Positions 1-9,369 of a DNA stretch of 64,000 nt are shown here, in pieces. The position numbers and the translations under genes were made by a program. The stretch's first letter is position 1. Each line of letters begins with the position of its first letter. Source of the DNA: an uncultured Dictyoglomota bacterium (lineage in GTDB: Bacteria; Dictyoglomota; Dictyoglomia; Dictyoglomales; Dictyoglomaceae); NCBI GenBank assembly GCA_964654465.1, contig CAZZIO010000032.1, positions 1 through 64,000 on the forward strand. The letters run 5' to 3'. The notes beneath the pieces were generated by a model, which searched no databases, was not told where the DNA came from, and saw nothing but the letters and a program-made list of their open reading frames with translations.

Positions 1-62
1 TCCTCGCTCTCTATATGCCTTCCTCTCTTCTTCCTTCTCTCTTCTCTCTCCCTTTTCTCCCT

Positions 63-132
63 TTGTCTAATGTGCATCCGCCCTTTCTCATCGGGCGGAT
101 TAAATTCTATCATATATATCTCCCTTTTGCAA
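63..132 (-). promoter_or_regulatory. Sigma70-type promoter with boxB-like hairpin and boxA-like element (probable rRNA operon leader)
   Basis: Minus strand TTGCAA(132-127)-17 nt-TAGAAT(109-104) with extended -10 TGn; hairpin ATCCGCCC/GGGCGGAT (76-100) then GCACATTAGACAA (75-63), followed by a purine-rich tract running off the window. Confidence 0.55.
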
Positions 133-161
133 GAGGGGGGATTTAAATTTTTTAGAAGAAA

Positions 162-1067
162 TTAGTCTATATATATTCTTGTAAACCCCATATTTTTAGC
201 TAAATTTATTGCCTCCTTATATTCACTTGTTAATATTGTTCTGTTTATTAATGGATATTCATAGGCTTTATAGAGCGGTCTGTATTGAGGCATTATATTT
301 ATAAAAACATCTGTAGAGATTTCCCTTTTTAAAAATTCGAGCCATTCCTTTATAGATGAAACCCCATTGGGAAGTAGGAGATGTCTTACAATAAGGCCTC
401 TTATAGCTACGCCATTCTCGTCCGTTATAAGATTTCCTACTTGTCTATACATTTCCTTTACTGCTTCTTTTGCTACCTCAGGATAATCAAATGCATTAGC
501 AAGTTTTAAAGATATATCATAGGACCAAAATTTTATGTCTGGCATATATATATCTATTATACCTTCTAACTCTCTAAGGGTTTCTAAAGACTCATATCCA
601 CTACTGTTATAAACTAAAGGTATATTTAAACCCTTAGGAATAGCATAATAAAGAGCTTCTAATATTTGAGGTACATAATGAGTAGGTGTGACAAGATTAA
701 TATTGTGACAACCCATATTCTGTAGTTCAATCATTATATTTGCTAAGGTTTCTGTATCAATAATTTCTCCAATCCCTAAATGACTAATAGTATAATTTTG
801 ACAAAAAATACAACCCAGGTTACAATAAGTAAAGAATATAGTACCAGATCCACTTTTCCCAACTAGAACCTTTTCTTCACCAAAATGAGGGAAATAACTT
901 GATATAGTTATTTCTGATGAAGCCTTACAATACCCTTTTTCTCTTTTTTTTCTATTTACTTTACAATTTCTTGGACACAGGTTGCATGATTCCAGTTTTT
1001 TACTTAAGATATTAATTTTTCTTTCCAAATCACCTTTCTTATAACTCTCAATGTAAATAGGTCTCAT
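162..1067 (-). CDS. Radical SAM protein, PflX-like
   Basis: N-terminal CxxCPRxC, CNLGCIFC radical SAM motif, HFGEE, NINLVTPTH, YMPDIK. Confidence 0.85.
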   Translation of the reverse strand: MRPIYIESYKKGDLERKINILSKKLESCNLCPRNCKVNRKKREKGYCKASSEITISSYFPHFGEEKVLVGKSGSGTIFFTYCNLGCIFCQNYTISHLGIGEIIDTETLANIMIELQNMGCHNINLVTPTHYVPQILEALYYAIPKGLNIPLVYNSSGYESLETLRELEGIIDIYMPDIKFWSYDISLKLANAFDYPEVAKEAVKEMYRQVGNLITDENGVAIRGLIVRHLLLPNGVSSIKEWLEFLKREISTDVFINIMPQYRPLYKAYEYPLINRTILTSEYKEAINLAKNMGFTRIYID

Positions 1068-1663
1068 AAGGACCTTAAAAATTCCCTTATCTTAAACTTT
1101 ACATTTAAATTATGGGCCACTTCCTCACATTTTTTTATATCTATAGAAGGTATATTGACAACACTTACCCACACATCTTTAATATAAATAGAAGAGAATT
1201 TGATAAATTCAATTAAATGTTTATATGCATCTTTAAATACTGGTCGTGATATTAAGTTATATTTATATTCATTTTCTGCATTTAGACTAATAGAAATACT
1301 ATCTACAAAAGGTGCAATTTCTGGCAAAATGTTTCTTCCATGAAAGATATTAGCATGTCCATTAGTATCTATTCTTATGTTTTTGTTGGGATAGTATTCT
1401 TTAACATATCTTGAAACTTTCTTTACTATTTCTACTCTTAATAAGGGTTCTCCATATCCGCAAAATACTATTTCTTTATAGTCGTTCAAATTTAATTCTT
1501 TTAATTCAATAATAATATCTTTAAAGGTAGGTTCTTTTTCTAACCATAATATTTTATCACCGATTCTATCTGAATAATTGCGTATACAAAATGTACATCT
1601 ATTAGTACATTTATTGGTTATATTAAGATACAAATTTTCACCTAATACATATACTACGTTCAT
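1064..1663 (-). CDS. TatD-associated radical SAM protein
   Basis: LYLNITNKCTNRCTFC, FCGYGEP, DTNG motifs; ATGA-coupled to tatD. Confidence 0.85.
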   Translation of the reverse strand: MNVVYVLGENLYLNITNKCTNRCTFCIRNYSDRIGDKILWLEKEPTFKDIIIELKELNLNDYKEIVFCGYGEPLLRVEIVKKVSRYVKEYYPNKNIRIDTNGHANIFHGRNILPEIAPFVDSISISLNAENEYKYNLISRPVFKDAYKHLIEFIKFSSIYIKDVWVSVVNIPSIDIKKCEEVAHNLNVKFKIREFLRSL

Positions 1664-2424
1664 ATATTTATATTTTTGAATATTCTTTTTAAATTTTTCT
1701 TGATAATATCAGAGAGAGTGATTAGATCTATTTTTTTTATTTCGGATATTTTTTGGGCTATCTCAGGTAAATAGGCAGGTTCATTAATCTTTCCTCTTAT
1801 AGATTGAGGAGGAAGATAAGGTGCATCAGTCTCAATAGCTATTAAATCTAGTGGTAATTTTTTTAAAACTTCTCTTAAATTATTTGCATTTGGATAAGTT
1901 ATAGGTCCAGAAAAACTGAACAAAAAATTCCAATCTGCTATAATTTTTGCTATTTCATAACTTCCACTAAAGCTATGCATTATACCTCCTACATCCCATA
2001 CTCTTTCGGCTTTCATAATATTTATAAGATCTTTCCAGGCCTCTCTACTATGAATGACAATAGGAAGTTTATTTTCTTTGGCATATTGAATAAATTGTAT
2101 AAATACTTGTTTCTGAGAATCTTTTGAAGAGTATAGTTTATAATAATCAAGCCCTATTTCTCCAATAGCTATTACCTTTGACTTAAGAAGTTTATCCCAC
2201 TCTTTTTTATTGAATTCAAATTTGTCGGATTCATGCGGATGTAAGCCTATGATTGCATAAATATCATCATCCACACTTAGTTCCACTGCAATTCGGCTTG
2301 ACTCTATGTCATATCCTACTACAAAAAATTTATTAACCTCTTTTTCTTTAGCTCTATTTACGATCTCTTCCCAAGAAGCATAAAGTCGCTTATCATTTAG
2401 ATGAACATGTGTATCAATCCACAT
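1660..2424 (-). CDS. tatD: TatD family hydrolase/DNase
   Basis: DTHVH, GLHPH, IGEIGLDY, HSR, ETDAPY motifs. Confidence 0.93.
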   Translation of the reverse strand: MWIDTHVHLNDKRLYASWEEIVNRAKEKEVNKFFVVGYDIESSRIAVELSVDDDIYAIIGLHPHESDKFEFNKKEWDKLLKSKVIAIGEIGLDYYKLYSSKDSQKQVFIQFIQYAKENKLPIVIHSREAWKDLINIMKAERVWDVGGIMHSFSGSYEIAKIIADWNFLFSFSGPITYPNANNLREVLKKLPLDLIAIETDAPYLPPQSIRGKINEPAYLPEIAQKISEIKKIDLITLSDIIKKNLKRIFKNINI

Positions 2425-2438
2425 ACTTTAAAATAATA

Positions 2439-2720
2439 GCCCAGGGCTATGCCTCCACCGTCGATTTGATCCTCCGGGAGAAGAGAGATAGGAAAGCTCC
2501 AATTAGGTTCACTGCGGCACCTAAGAAGTACCTCTTACCGTTGCTTCCTTTCGGACCTGGCGGGGTTTGAGGACCTCTTAGTGCACAGCTCCTAATCTTC
2601 ATCGCTTCCATCTCTCCCTTCTTACCCACAAGATCAAACCTCAGGTGGCCTTTCGGCCCTGCTATAGCGGATTGCAGGTTCAGGGCACCGCTAGCTCCCC
2701 GCCTAAGCATAGCCCTGGGC
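2439..2720 (-). ncRNA. ffs: Signal recognition particle RNA, large (Alu-containing) bacterial type
   Basis: Minus strand has helix-8 core CCAGGTCCGAAAGGAAGCAACGG and Alu-like GGGAGCTAGCGGTGCCCTGAACCTGCAATCCGCTATAGCAGGG; 14-bp terminal stem 2439-2452/2707-2720; tadA-tRNA-Ser neighbourhood. Confidence 0.93.
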
Positions 2721-2724
2721 ATTT

Positions 2725-2952
2725 TTATTCTTGAATTCTTAATAATATGAATAAAGTACTAAAAATAACCCAAACAAATGAAAGTATTAATAAGAAAACT
2801 AATATTTTACCTATCCATGCTCCTATGCTTTTTTCATTTCTAAAAAACAAAGAAAAATTTAGCTCTTTTACAACTGCAAAAGCAGCCAATATACCAACAA
2901 AAAAACTAATTATAATACTCGTTAGACTCATTAATTCTCTTATATTTTTCAT
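2725..2952 (-). CDS. Small membrane protein, two predicted TM helices
   Basis: 75 aa ORF with two hydrophobic segments, co-oriented between tRNA-Ser and ffs. Confidence 0.6.
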   Translation of the reverse strand: MKNIRELMSLTSIIISFFVGILAAFAVVKELNFSLFFRNEKSIGAWIGKILVFLLILSFVWVIFSTLFILLRIQE

Positions 2953-2988
2953 ATCTTCATATCTTTAATATTAATTATTTATACTAAA

Positions 2989-3080
2989 TGGCGGAGAGGG
3001 TGGGATTCGAACCCACGAGGCCACTTTCGTGGCCTACTCGCTCTCCAGGCGAGCGCCTTCGTCCACTCAGCCACCTCTCC
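2989..3080 (-). tRNA. tRNA-Ser(GGA)
   Basis: Cloverleaf with long variable arm, anticodon arm CTCGC-CTGGAGA-GCGAG, GTTCGAATC, encoded CCA. Confidence 0.97.
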
Positions 3081-3110
3081 GCTCTGATTATATTTTATCA
3101 TAAAAATACG

Positions 3111-3581
3111 TTAAGGTGAACTCCTTAAATTAGTAAAAAACTTCTTTAGAATTTCCTCGCTTTCTTCTTTCATTATTCCAGTTATAATTTCCAATTTCTG
3201 CCATTTTTTATAATTTTCAATATTACATATAAACCTTGAAAATCCTTCTTCATGATTACTCGCCCCATATATTAATTTATCAAATCTTGCTTGTAGTATA
3301 GCTCCGAAACACATTATACAAGGTTCAAGCGTTACATATATAGTACAGCCATAAAATCTCCAATCACCAAGCTTTTTATATGCTTTCCTTATAGCTATAA
3401 TCTCTGCATGGCAAAGAATATCTTTTTTTGATTCACGAAGATTGTGTCCTCGAGAAATTATTTCCCCATCTTTTACAACAACAGCACCTACAGGTACTTC
3501 ATTCTTTTCTAAAGCCTTTTTTGCTTCTCTTAATGCTTCTGACATAAAAAAGTTTATATCTTTACTGAGTCCATGACCCAT
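3111..3581 (-). CDS. tadA: tRNA adenosine(34) deaminase
   Basis: EVPVGAV, HAE, TLEPCIMC zinc motifs. Confidence 0.92.
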   Translation of the reverse strand: MGHGLSKDINFFMSEALREAKKALEKNEVPVGAVVVKDGEIISRGHNLRESKKDILCHAEIIAIRKAYKKLGDWRFYGCTIYVTLEPCIMCFGAILQARFDKLIYGASNHEEGFSRFICNIENYKKWQKLEIITGIMKEESEEILKKFFTNLRSSP

Positions 3582-3877
3582 TTTATATACTCGGGAAGTC
3601 CATAATTTATTGGGATACCTATAATTTCAGGAAGTTCATATGGGTGTAACTCTTTCACTTTTTTTACTAAATCTGGAAATTTACTTTTATCTGTTTTTAA
3701 TAAAACTATCACTTCATCTGCAATTTGTTTTTCATTATTCCAATAAAAGTAAGACTTAACATTAGGAATAATATTACCACAAGCAATTAGATGATCATCC
3801 AAAAGAGCGTTGACTATCTTTTCTGCTGTCTCTTCCTTATCCACCGTTATAATACATAATATCATTTTTCTCTTCAC
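3554..3877 (-). CDS. cutA: Divalent-cation tolerance protein CutA
   Basis: LIACGNI, SYFYW, HPYELPEI. Confidence 0.92.
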   Translation of the reverse strand: MKRKMILCIITVDKEETAEKIVNALLDDHLIACGNIIPNVKSYFYWNNEKQIADEVIVLLKTDKSKFPDLVKKVKELHPYELPEIIGIPINYGLPEYIKWVMDSVKI

Positions 3878-3878
3878 C

Positions 3879-4631
3879 TCACTTTAAATTAATAATCTTC
3901 TTCCCAATTCTATATAATGAATCATTTGGATTACAATCTAATATAAAATTAGCAACCTTCTTAAGTTTCTCTGATGAGTTTATCAATGTAAAGCTCAATC
4001 CAGCTAATTTTAACATATCCTCATCATTATCAAAATCCCCAATGGCAATAACTTCTTTAGGAGATATATTTAACATATTTATAAGCATCTTGAGGGCATT
4101 ACCCTTTGATATACCATATGGTAATATTTCTAAATAATACGGAGCAGAGAATACAGCATTAATTTTATTATTATAATTTCTATCTATATGAGTTTTAATA
4201 ATCTTTAAATCTTCTTCTTTTCCTTCCAAGAATATCTTAATTATTTTTTCGTTTTCTCTTTCAAGTAGCAATAAAGCCTCTTCATCTTCAAAAAGCATAT
4301 CTTCATAATATACCCCTACTTTTATTTTTTCATAATATATCTTTATAAACTGAAGCGAATCTTTAACTTCTCTATTGGATAAATATTTGATAAATAAAAA
4401 TCTACTCTCCACAGGGTGATATATTCCAGCCCCATTGTATAATATTACTGGTATATTAATATTTAATATTCTTATCTTCGATTCTATAGATGACCATCTT
4501 CTACCCGTTGCTATGGTAAAATCTATTCCTTTTTCTCTGAGCTTTCTTATAGCAATAATGTTTTGAGATGATAAGGTTTCTGTATAATCAACTATACTTC
4601 CATCAAAATCAGCCACAAGTAGCTTATACAT
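3879..4631 (-). CDS. Cof-type HAD hydrolase
   Basis: DFDGS, IATGR, KGNAL, GDFDNDEDM. Confidence 0.9.
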   Translation of the reverse strand: MYKLLVADFDGSIVDYTETLSSQNIIAIRKLREKGIDFTIATGRRWSSIESKIRILNINIPVILYNGAGIYHPVESRFLFIKYLSNREVKDSLQFIKIYYEKIKVGVYYEDMLFEDEEALLLLERENEKIIKIFLEGKEEDLKIIKTHIDRNYNNKINAVFSAPYYLEILPYGISKGNALKMLINMLNISPKEVIAIGDFDNDEDMLKLAGLSFTLINSSEKLKKVANFILDCNPNDSLYRIGKKIINLK

Positions 4632-5259
4632 TTAAAATCACTTCTCTTACTTGATTTATTAGCAAAGGCTTATAGGAAAAAATTTCTAAGAATTCCTCTC
4701 CTCTAATAATTGAATCTTCTATCTTTTTGGTCTTCAATTCTATATTATATCTATTGTCCCTTTTTTCTATTTTTATATCGTAAATATACCTTTTCAAATC
4801 TATTTCCTTTATCTTTTCCCCTCTTCTTACTAATATATAAACCTTATCATTATTCTTAAATCTTTCAATATCTTCTAAAAATGAACTTTCATTAGCCACA
4901 AAAACTTCTAACTCATAATTTATGCCGTAAGTATCTTTGATAAGAGATGATTTAGGTGATTCTAACACCTCAAAAAATTGAAGGTCTTCAGGTAATTCTT
5001 TGTTCCATTTATTAAGAACTTCTTCCTTTTCAATATAATACTTTAACGTTATATCTAACCATTCTTTTTTGCTCTCAATTCCAACTGGACAAGGTAATCC
5101 CAAGGATATTAGAGGCCTTGGATTATACCCCTGAGAATAAGCTACAGGTAATCCAGACCTCCTTACAGCCCTATTCATAAAATTTAACATATCTATTGAA
5201 CTTATATATTTAAGCAACCTTTTTTTGTAAAATGCAAGTCTATAGACTATTTTATCCAT
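4624..5259 (-). CDS. Radical SAM-linked protein (DUF2344/TIGR03936-like)
   Basis: KYISSIDM..RAVRRSGLPVAYSQGYNPRP; start reassigned to ATG 5259, which overlaps the upstream stop region. Confidence 0.85.
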   Translation of the reverse strand: MDKIVYRLAFYKKRLLKYISSIDMLNFMNRAVRRSGLPVAYSQGYNPRPLISLGLPCPVGIESKKEWLDITLKYYIEKEEVLNKWNKELPEDLQFFEVLESPKSSLIKDTYGINYELEVFVANESSFLEDIERFKNNDKVYILVRRGEKIKEIDLKRYIYDIKIEKRDNRYNIELKTKKIEDSIIRGEEFLEIFSYKPLLINQVREVILNV

Positions 5260-7042
5260 AATGAGATACTCCACAAAAATCACAAAATAATCCCCATTCA
5301 CAAGGAGGTGTCTCTTCACATTTATAAGCTTTTTCTCTTTCTTTTATAAGATAATTTTTTCTAACCCCACAAGATATATGATCCCAGGGTAAAGGATCAT
5401 CTATATTTTTCTTTTCTGTATACCATTTAGGATTTATATTTAGATTATTAAAGATCTTTTCCCAAATATCTATTCTTAAAAACTCTGTCCAACTTTCAAA
5501 TCTGCTTCCCATTTGCCAAGCTAAATTAAGAATGTTCGAAAGTCTTCTGTCACCTCTTGAAAAAATTGCCTCCAAATAACTCATACTATAGTCATGGAAA
5601 TCTATAGAAATATTTTTTCTTTTAAGAGCTTTTCTTAAAATATTTTTTCTTCTCTCAATTATTTCTCTATCCTCAAATTTTTCCCATTGAAATGAGGTAT
5701 GAGGTTTTGGAACAAATATGGAGAAACTCAAATGTATTTTAGATCTTCTATTTAACCTTATTATTTTTTCAACTAGATTGACAGTCTCATAAATGTCCTC
5801 ATCTGTTTCTGTAGGTAGTCCTAGCATGAAGTATAACTTAATATTATTCCAACCTTTACTAAAAGCCACATCGAGAGTCTTAAAAAACTCTTCTTCTTTA
5901 AGGTTTTTATTTATAACTTTTCTCAACCTTTCAGTTCCTGCTTCTATCGCGAAAGTAAGACTTGATTTTTTATTTTTTTCTACTTTCTCTGCAAGCTCTA
6001 AGGAGAATTTATCAGCTCTAAGAGATGGTAAAGTAAAGTTTACATGTTTTCCTTCAAAATCCTCGTTCAATAAATCTAATAGTTTTTCTATATTGGGATA
6101 GTCATTAGTACTTAAAGATAATAAACTAATTTCTTCATAACCTGTGTTCTCAAATATTTCCTTAGCATATTTTCTTATAGTATCTATACTTCTGTATCTT
6201 TTAGGTCTATATATATAACCTGCAAAACAAAATCTGCAACTTCTTTGACATCCTCGCATAATTTCTATTGATCCACGATCATGAGCAACCTGCTGGATGG
6301 GCACAATAGGACGAGTTGGAAAAGGAGCTTTTTCTAAATCATAGACAATTCTCCTTGATATTTTTGGAGGAACCCAAGGATATAAAGGAATTATTTCTTT
6401 AAATTTATCCTTCTCATAAATTGGCTTGTATAATGAAGGGATATATACTCCTTCTATTTTTACAAGTTCTTTAAACAGTTGAGTTTTATTTTCTTTTGTC
6501 TCCTTCCATTCCAAATATACATTAATAATTTCGTTAATAGCTTCCTCTGCTTCACCAATAAAAATTACATCAATAAAATCAGCAATAGGTTCTGAATTTA
6601 ATACTGTAGGACCACCTGCTATTATTAAAGGATAAGATTCATCTCTATCCCTTGAGAAAATAGGAATATGTGATAAATTTAATATGGTAAGAATTCCAGA
6701 GTAAGTAAGCTCGTAGGATAAACTAAAAGCCAACCAGTCAAAACTCTTAATAGGCTTTTTCGTTTCTAATGAAAAAAGAGGGATTTTTCTATCCCTTAGC
6801 AAATTTTCTAAATCTATATAAGGGGCAAAAACTCTTTCACATAGTGTATCCTCTCTATTATTTAGTAAAAAGTAAATTATCTGAAAACCTAAATGAGACA
6901 TTCCAATTTCATATAAATCTGGAAATGCTAATGCAACTTTCAATTTAACTTTATTCCAGTCCTTAATAATAATATTGTGCTCATTGCCTATATATCTTGA
7001 GGGTTTTTCTACTTTATCCAAGATTAATTCTAAATCTCTCAT
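5252..7042 (-). CDS. B12-binding-type radical SAM protein (TIGR03960-like)
   Basis: KPSRYIGNE, FPDLYEIGMSHLG, RGCQRSCRFC, KLYFMLGLPTE, PKPHT, C-terminal Cys cluster. Confidence 0.9.
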   Translation of the reverse strand: MRDLELILDKVEKPSRYIGNEHNIIIKDWNKVKLKVALAFPDLYEIGMSHLGFQIIYFLLNNREDTLCERVFAPYIDLENLLRDRKIPLFSLETKKPIKSFDWLAFSLSYELTYSGILTILNLSHIPIFSRDRDESYPLIIAGGPTVLNSEPIADFIDVIFIGEAEEAINEIINVYLEWKETKENKTQLFKELVKIEGVYIPSLYKPIYEKDKFKEIIPLYPWVPPKISRRIVYDLEKAPFPTRPIVPIQQVAHDRGSIEIMRGCQRSCRFCFAGYIYRPKRYRSIDTIRKYAKEIFENTGYEEISLLSLSTNDYPNIEKLLDLLNEDFEGKHVNFTLPSLRADKFSLELAEKVEKNKKSSLTFAIEAGTERLRKVINKNLKEEEFFKTLDVAFSKGWNNIKLYFMLGLPTETDEDIYETVNLVEKIIRLNRRSKIHLSFSIFVPKPHTSFQWEKFEDREIIERRKNILRKALKRKNISIDFHDYSMSYLEAIFSRGDRRLSNILNLAWQMGSRFESWTEFLRIDIWEKIFNNLNINPKWYTEKKNIDDPLPWDHISCGVRKNYLIKEREKAYKCEETPPCEWGLFCDFCGVSHYG

Positions 7043-8142
7043 AAAATATTTATTTCACTCCTCAATGCAATGTTAAACATTAATCCCAACATAGCATAAC
7101 TTACGATTAATGAGGTTCTTGCAAAACTTACAAAGGGCAGAGGAATACCAACAACTGGTGCCATTCCCATAACCATACTTAGGTTTATAAAGGTCTGGAA
7201 TAAAAGGGTAAAAAGTATTCCTCCAACTACTAACTTACCAAAATTATCTTTTAGCCTTTTCAAAATTTCCCATATATTTCTAAATAATAAATAATAGAGT
7301 AAAACTAGCAAAACACTACCTATAAACCCAAATTCTTCAGCAAGAGAAGAAAATATAAAATCAGTATGTTGTTCTGGAATAAGACTTAAATGGGTCTGGG
7401 GTCCTTGTAACCATCCTTTTCCCAAAATTCTTCCAGAACCTATAGCTATCATAGATTGAATTACTTGATATCCACTACCGAGAGGATCTCTCATAGGATC
7501 AAAAAATGTCAATATTCTCTGTTGTTGATAAGGCTTAAGAGAAAGCCAAAGAAAAGGAAGAATAGTAAGTATTAGAAAAAAGGTTCTTATAATATATTTT
7601 TTGGGAATACCATAAAGATATAAAACAAAAATTCCAGAAGTAAAAATAACTATTGCTGTTCCAAGATCCGGTTGTATAACCACTAACATAGTAGGAACTA
7701 AGATGAGTGATAAAATTAAAGTATAGTCTTTAAAAGAAAAACTTTTTTTATGTTTTGATAATTCAATAAGAAAGCCCGATATTGATATGGTTATAAAGAG
7801 TTTTGATAATTCAGAGGGCTGAAAAGAAAAACCAAGAATAGAAAACCATCTTTGAGCTCCTAAACTTCTTCTTCCAAAGAATAAAACAAATATCAGTAAA
7901 ATTAAATTTAATAGATATACTAAACTCCAAGCCCTTTCCCAAACTCTAAAGGGAATGGACATAAATAGAAAGAAAAATATAATCCCTATTAAAAAAGCTA
8001 CTAATTGTCTATTTACAAAAAGAAAGGGTGAAAGTTCCTGATAAGTTAGTCTACTTACAGTAGTATCATAAATAAGAAAAAGTCCTATAAACGTAAGTAA
8101 TATAGATAATATAAAAATACGTACTAAATATTTTCGTACCAT
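7039..8142 (-). CDS. rodA: Rod shape-determining SEDS protein RodA
   Basis: GAQRW, FQPSELSK, QPDLGT, DPLGSGYQ, PEQHTDFIF. Confidence 0.92.
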   Translation of the reverse strand: MVRKYLVRIFILSILLTFIGLFLIYDTTVSRLTYQELSPFLFVNRQLVAFLIGIIFFFLFMSIPFRVWERAWSLVYLLNLILLIFVLFFGRRSLGAQRWFSILGFSFQPSELSKLFITISISGFLIELSKHKKSFSFKDYTLILSLILVPTMLVVIQPDLGTAIVIFTSGIFVLYLYGIPKKYIIRTFFLILTILPFLWLSLKPYQQQRILTFFDPMRDPLGSGYQVIQSMIAIGSGRILGKGWLQGPQTHLSLIPEQHTDFIFSSLAEEFGFIGSVLLVLLYYLLFRNIWEILKRLKDNFGKLVVGGILFTLLFQTFINLSMVMGMAPVVGIPLPFVSFARTSLIVSYAMLGLMFNIALRSEINIL

Positions 8143-8145
8143 GTT

Positions 8146-9369
8146 TTATTCATCCATTTTCCAAAGAGCCAATCCTGATGCTGGTTTTGGATAAAAATAT
8201 GTAGACTTTTGAGGAAGTCTTTCTCTGTTTATAGCCAAAGCATAGACGATTTCAATAGGTATGGAGGGTAATATGAAAGCATATTCAAATTCGTTAGAAT
8301 TTATATTTTTTCTTAACTCTTTAAGATCATGGGAAAATCTTATTAATCCTTTTTCTTGTAAATCACTTTCAGTAGTATTTAATATACCTTCCCAAACACC
8401 TTTTTGAAGTAGAGTTGTAGGTAAGATCCACCATAAATCTGAAACGTCATTATTCCTACTATTTATATATGAGGTATTAGGAATTAATTTCAATATTCTA
8501 TTATCTTTAAGAAGGTATATAAAAGGTTTGTTTGGATTAAATACAAGATCTAAATCATCCATATTCTCCCCTAAATATACATCAAAGTTCTTTCTGAGAT
8601 CCTCAATATTTAATTGAACTTCTTTACTAACTATTCTATGGGTTGGTAAAAGCTTAACTCCTGGATCATATAAGTCAGTAATAAGCATAAGTATATATTT
8701 GGCTTTTTCATCTTTAGTCTCACTATAATAAAGCCATGAGGCTTCATATCTATGGTGACCATCTGCAATTAAAATCTTTTTTTCAATCAAATATTGTTCA
8801 ATGAGATTTATAAGTGATTCATCGTTTATTTTCCATAGATAATGATCTCTATAATCCCAGCTAGTTACTTTAATGAGAGGTTTCTCCTTTTCAATCTTCT
8901 TCCACAATGATGAAAGTTTTCCTTCTTTGTCTTCATAAATGCCCCAAATAGGTTCAAGATTAGCCCTTAATTCTTTGAGAAGCTCTAATCTATCTTTCTT
9001 TGGACCAGAAAAAGTACGTTCATGAGGTAAAATGTTTTCGCCTAAGGGTTGTAATTCTAATATTCCTAAAAGTCCATACATCTTATCTATTTTGTCTCCC
9101 CATTGATATTCTTGTTTATATAAAAAATATCCATTTTCCTCAAAGACAAGAATACCTTGATTTATCCACTCTTTAAAAACTTTAGAAATTTCTATATAAT
9201 TGGTTGGATATTTATCTCCTAATGTAAGATGAGTTATATTGTAAGGATGCATAGATAGAAAATAAACCCTTTCTTCTTTTTGTATCACATCATAAGGTGG
9301 AGCAATAAGTTTTTCTAAGGGAAGATTTAAATTATATCTTAGAGCTCTAAATGGTAAAAACTTAATCAT
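8146..9369 (-). CDS. DUF1015 family protein
   Basis: PFRALRY, APPYDVI, LPHERT, IADGHHRYE, PQKSTYFYPK. Confidence 0.9.
   Translation of the reverse strand: MIKFLPFRALRYNLNLPLEKLIAPPYDVIQKEERVYFLSMHPYNITHLTLGDKYPTNYIEISKVFKEWINQGILVFEENGYFLYKQEYQWGDKIDKMYGLLGILELQPLGENILPHERTFSGPKKDRLELLKELRANLEPIWGIYEDKEGKLSSLWKKIEKEKPLIKVTSWDYRDHYLWKINDESLINLIEQYLIEKKILIADGHHRYEASWLYYSETKDEKAKYILMLITDLYDPGVKLLPTHRIVSKEVQLNIEDLRKNFDVYLGENMDDLDLVFNPNKPFIYLLKDNRILKLIPNTSYINSRNNDVSDLWWILPTTLLQKGVWEGILNTTESDLQEKGLIRFSHDLKELRKNINSNEFEYAFILPSIPIEIVYALAINRERLPQKSTYFYPKPASGLALWKMDE

Noticed and set aside
1..62. Pyrimidine-rich tract as a microsatellite or CRISPR fragment
   Set aside because: No regular repeat unit or spacers; better explained as leader sequence
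2447..2722. 91-aa ORF on the minus strand
   Set aside because: Coincides with SRP RNA; GC-rich structured RNA with atypical amino acid composition
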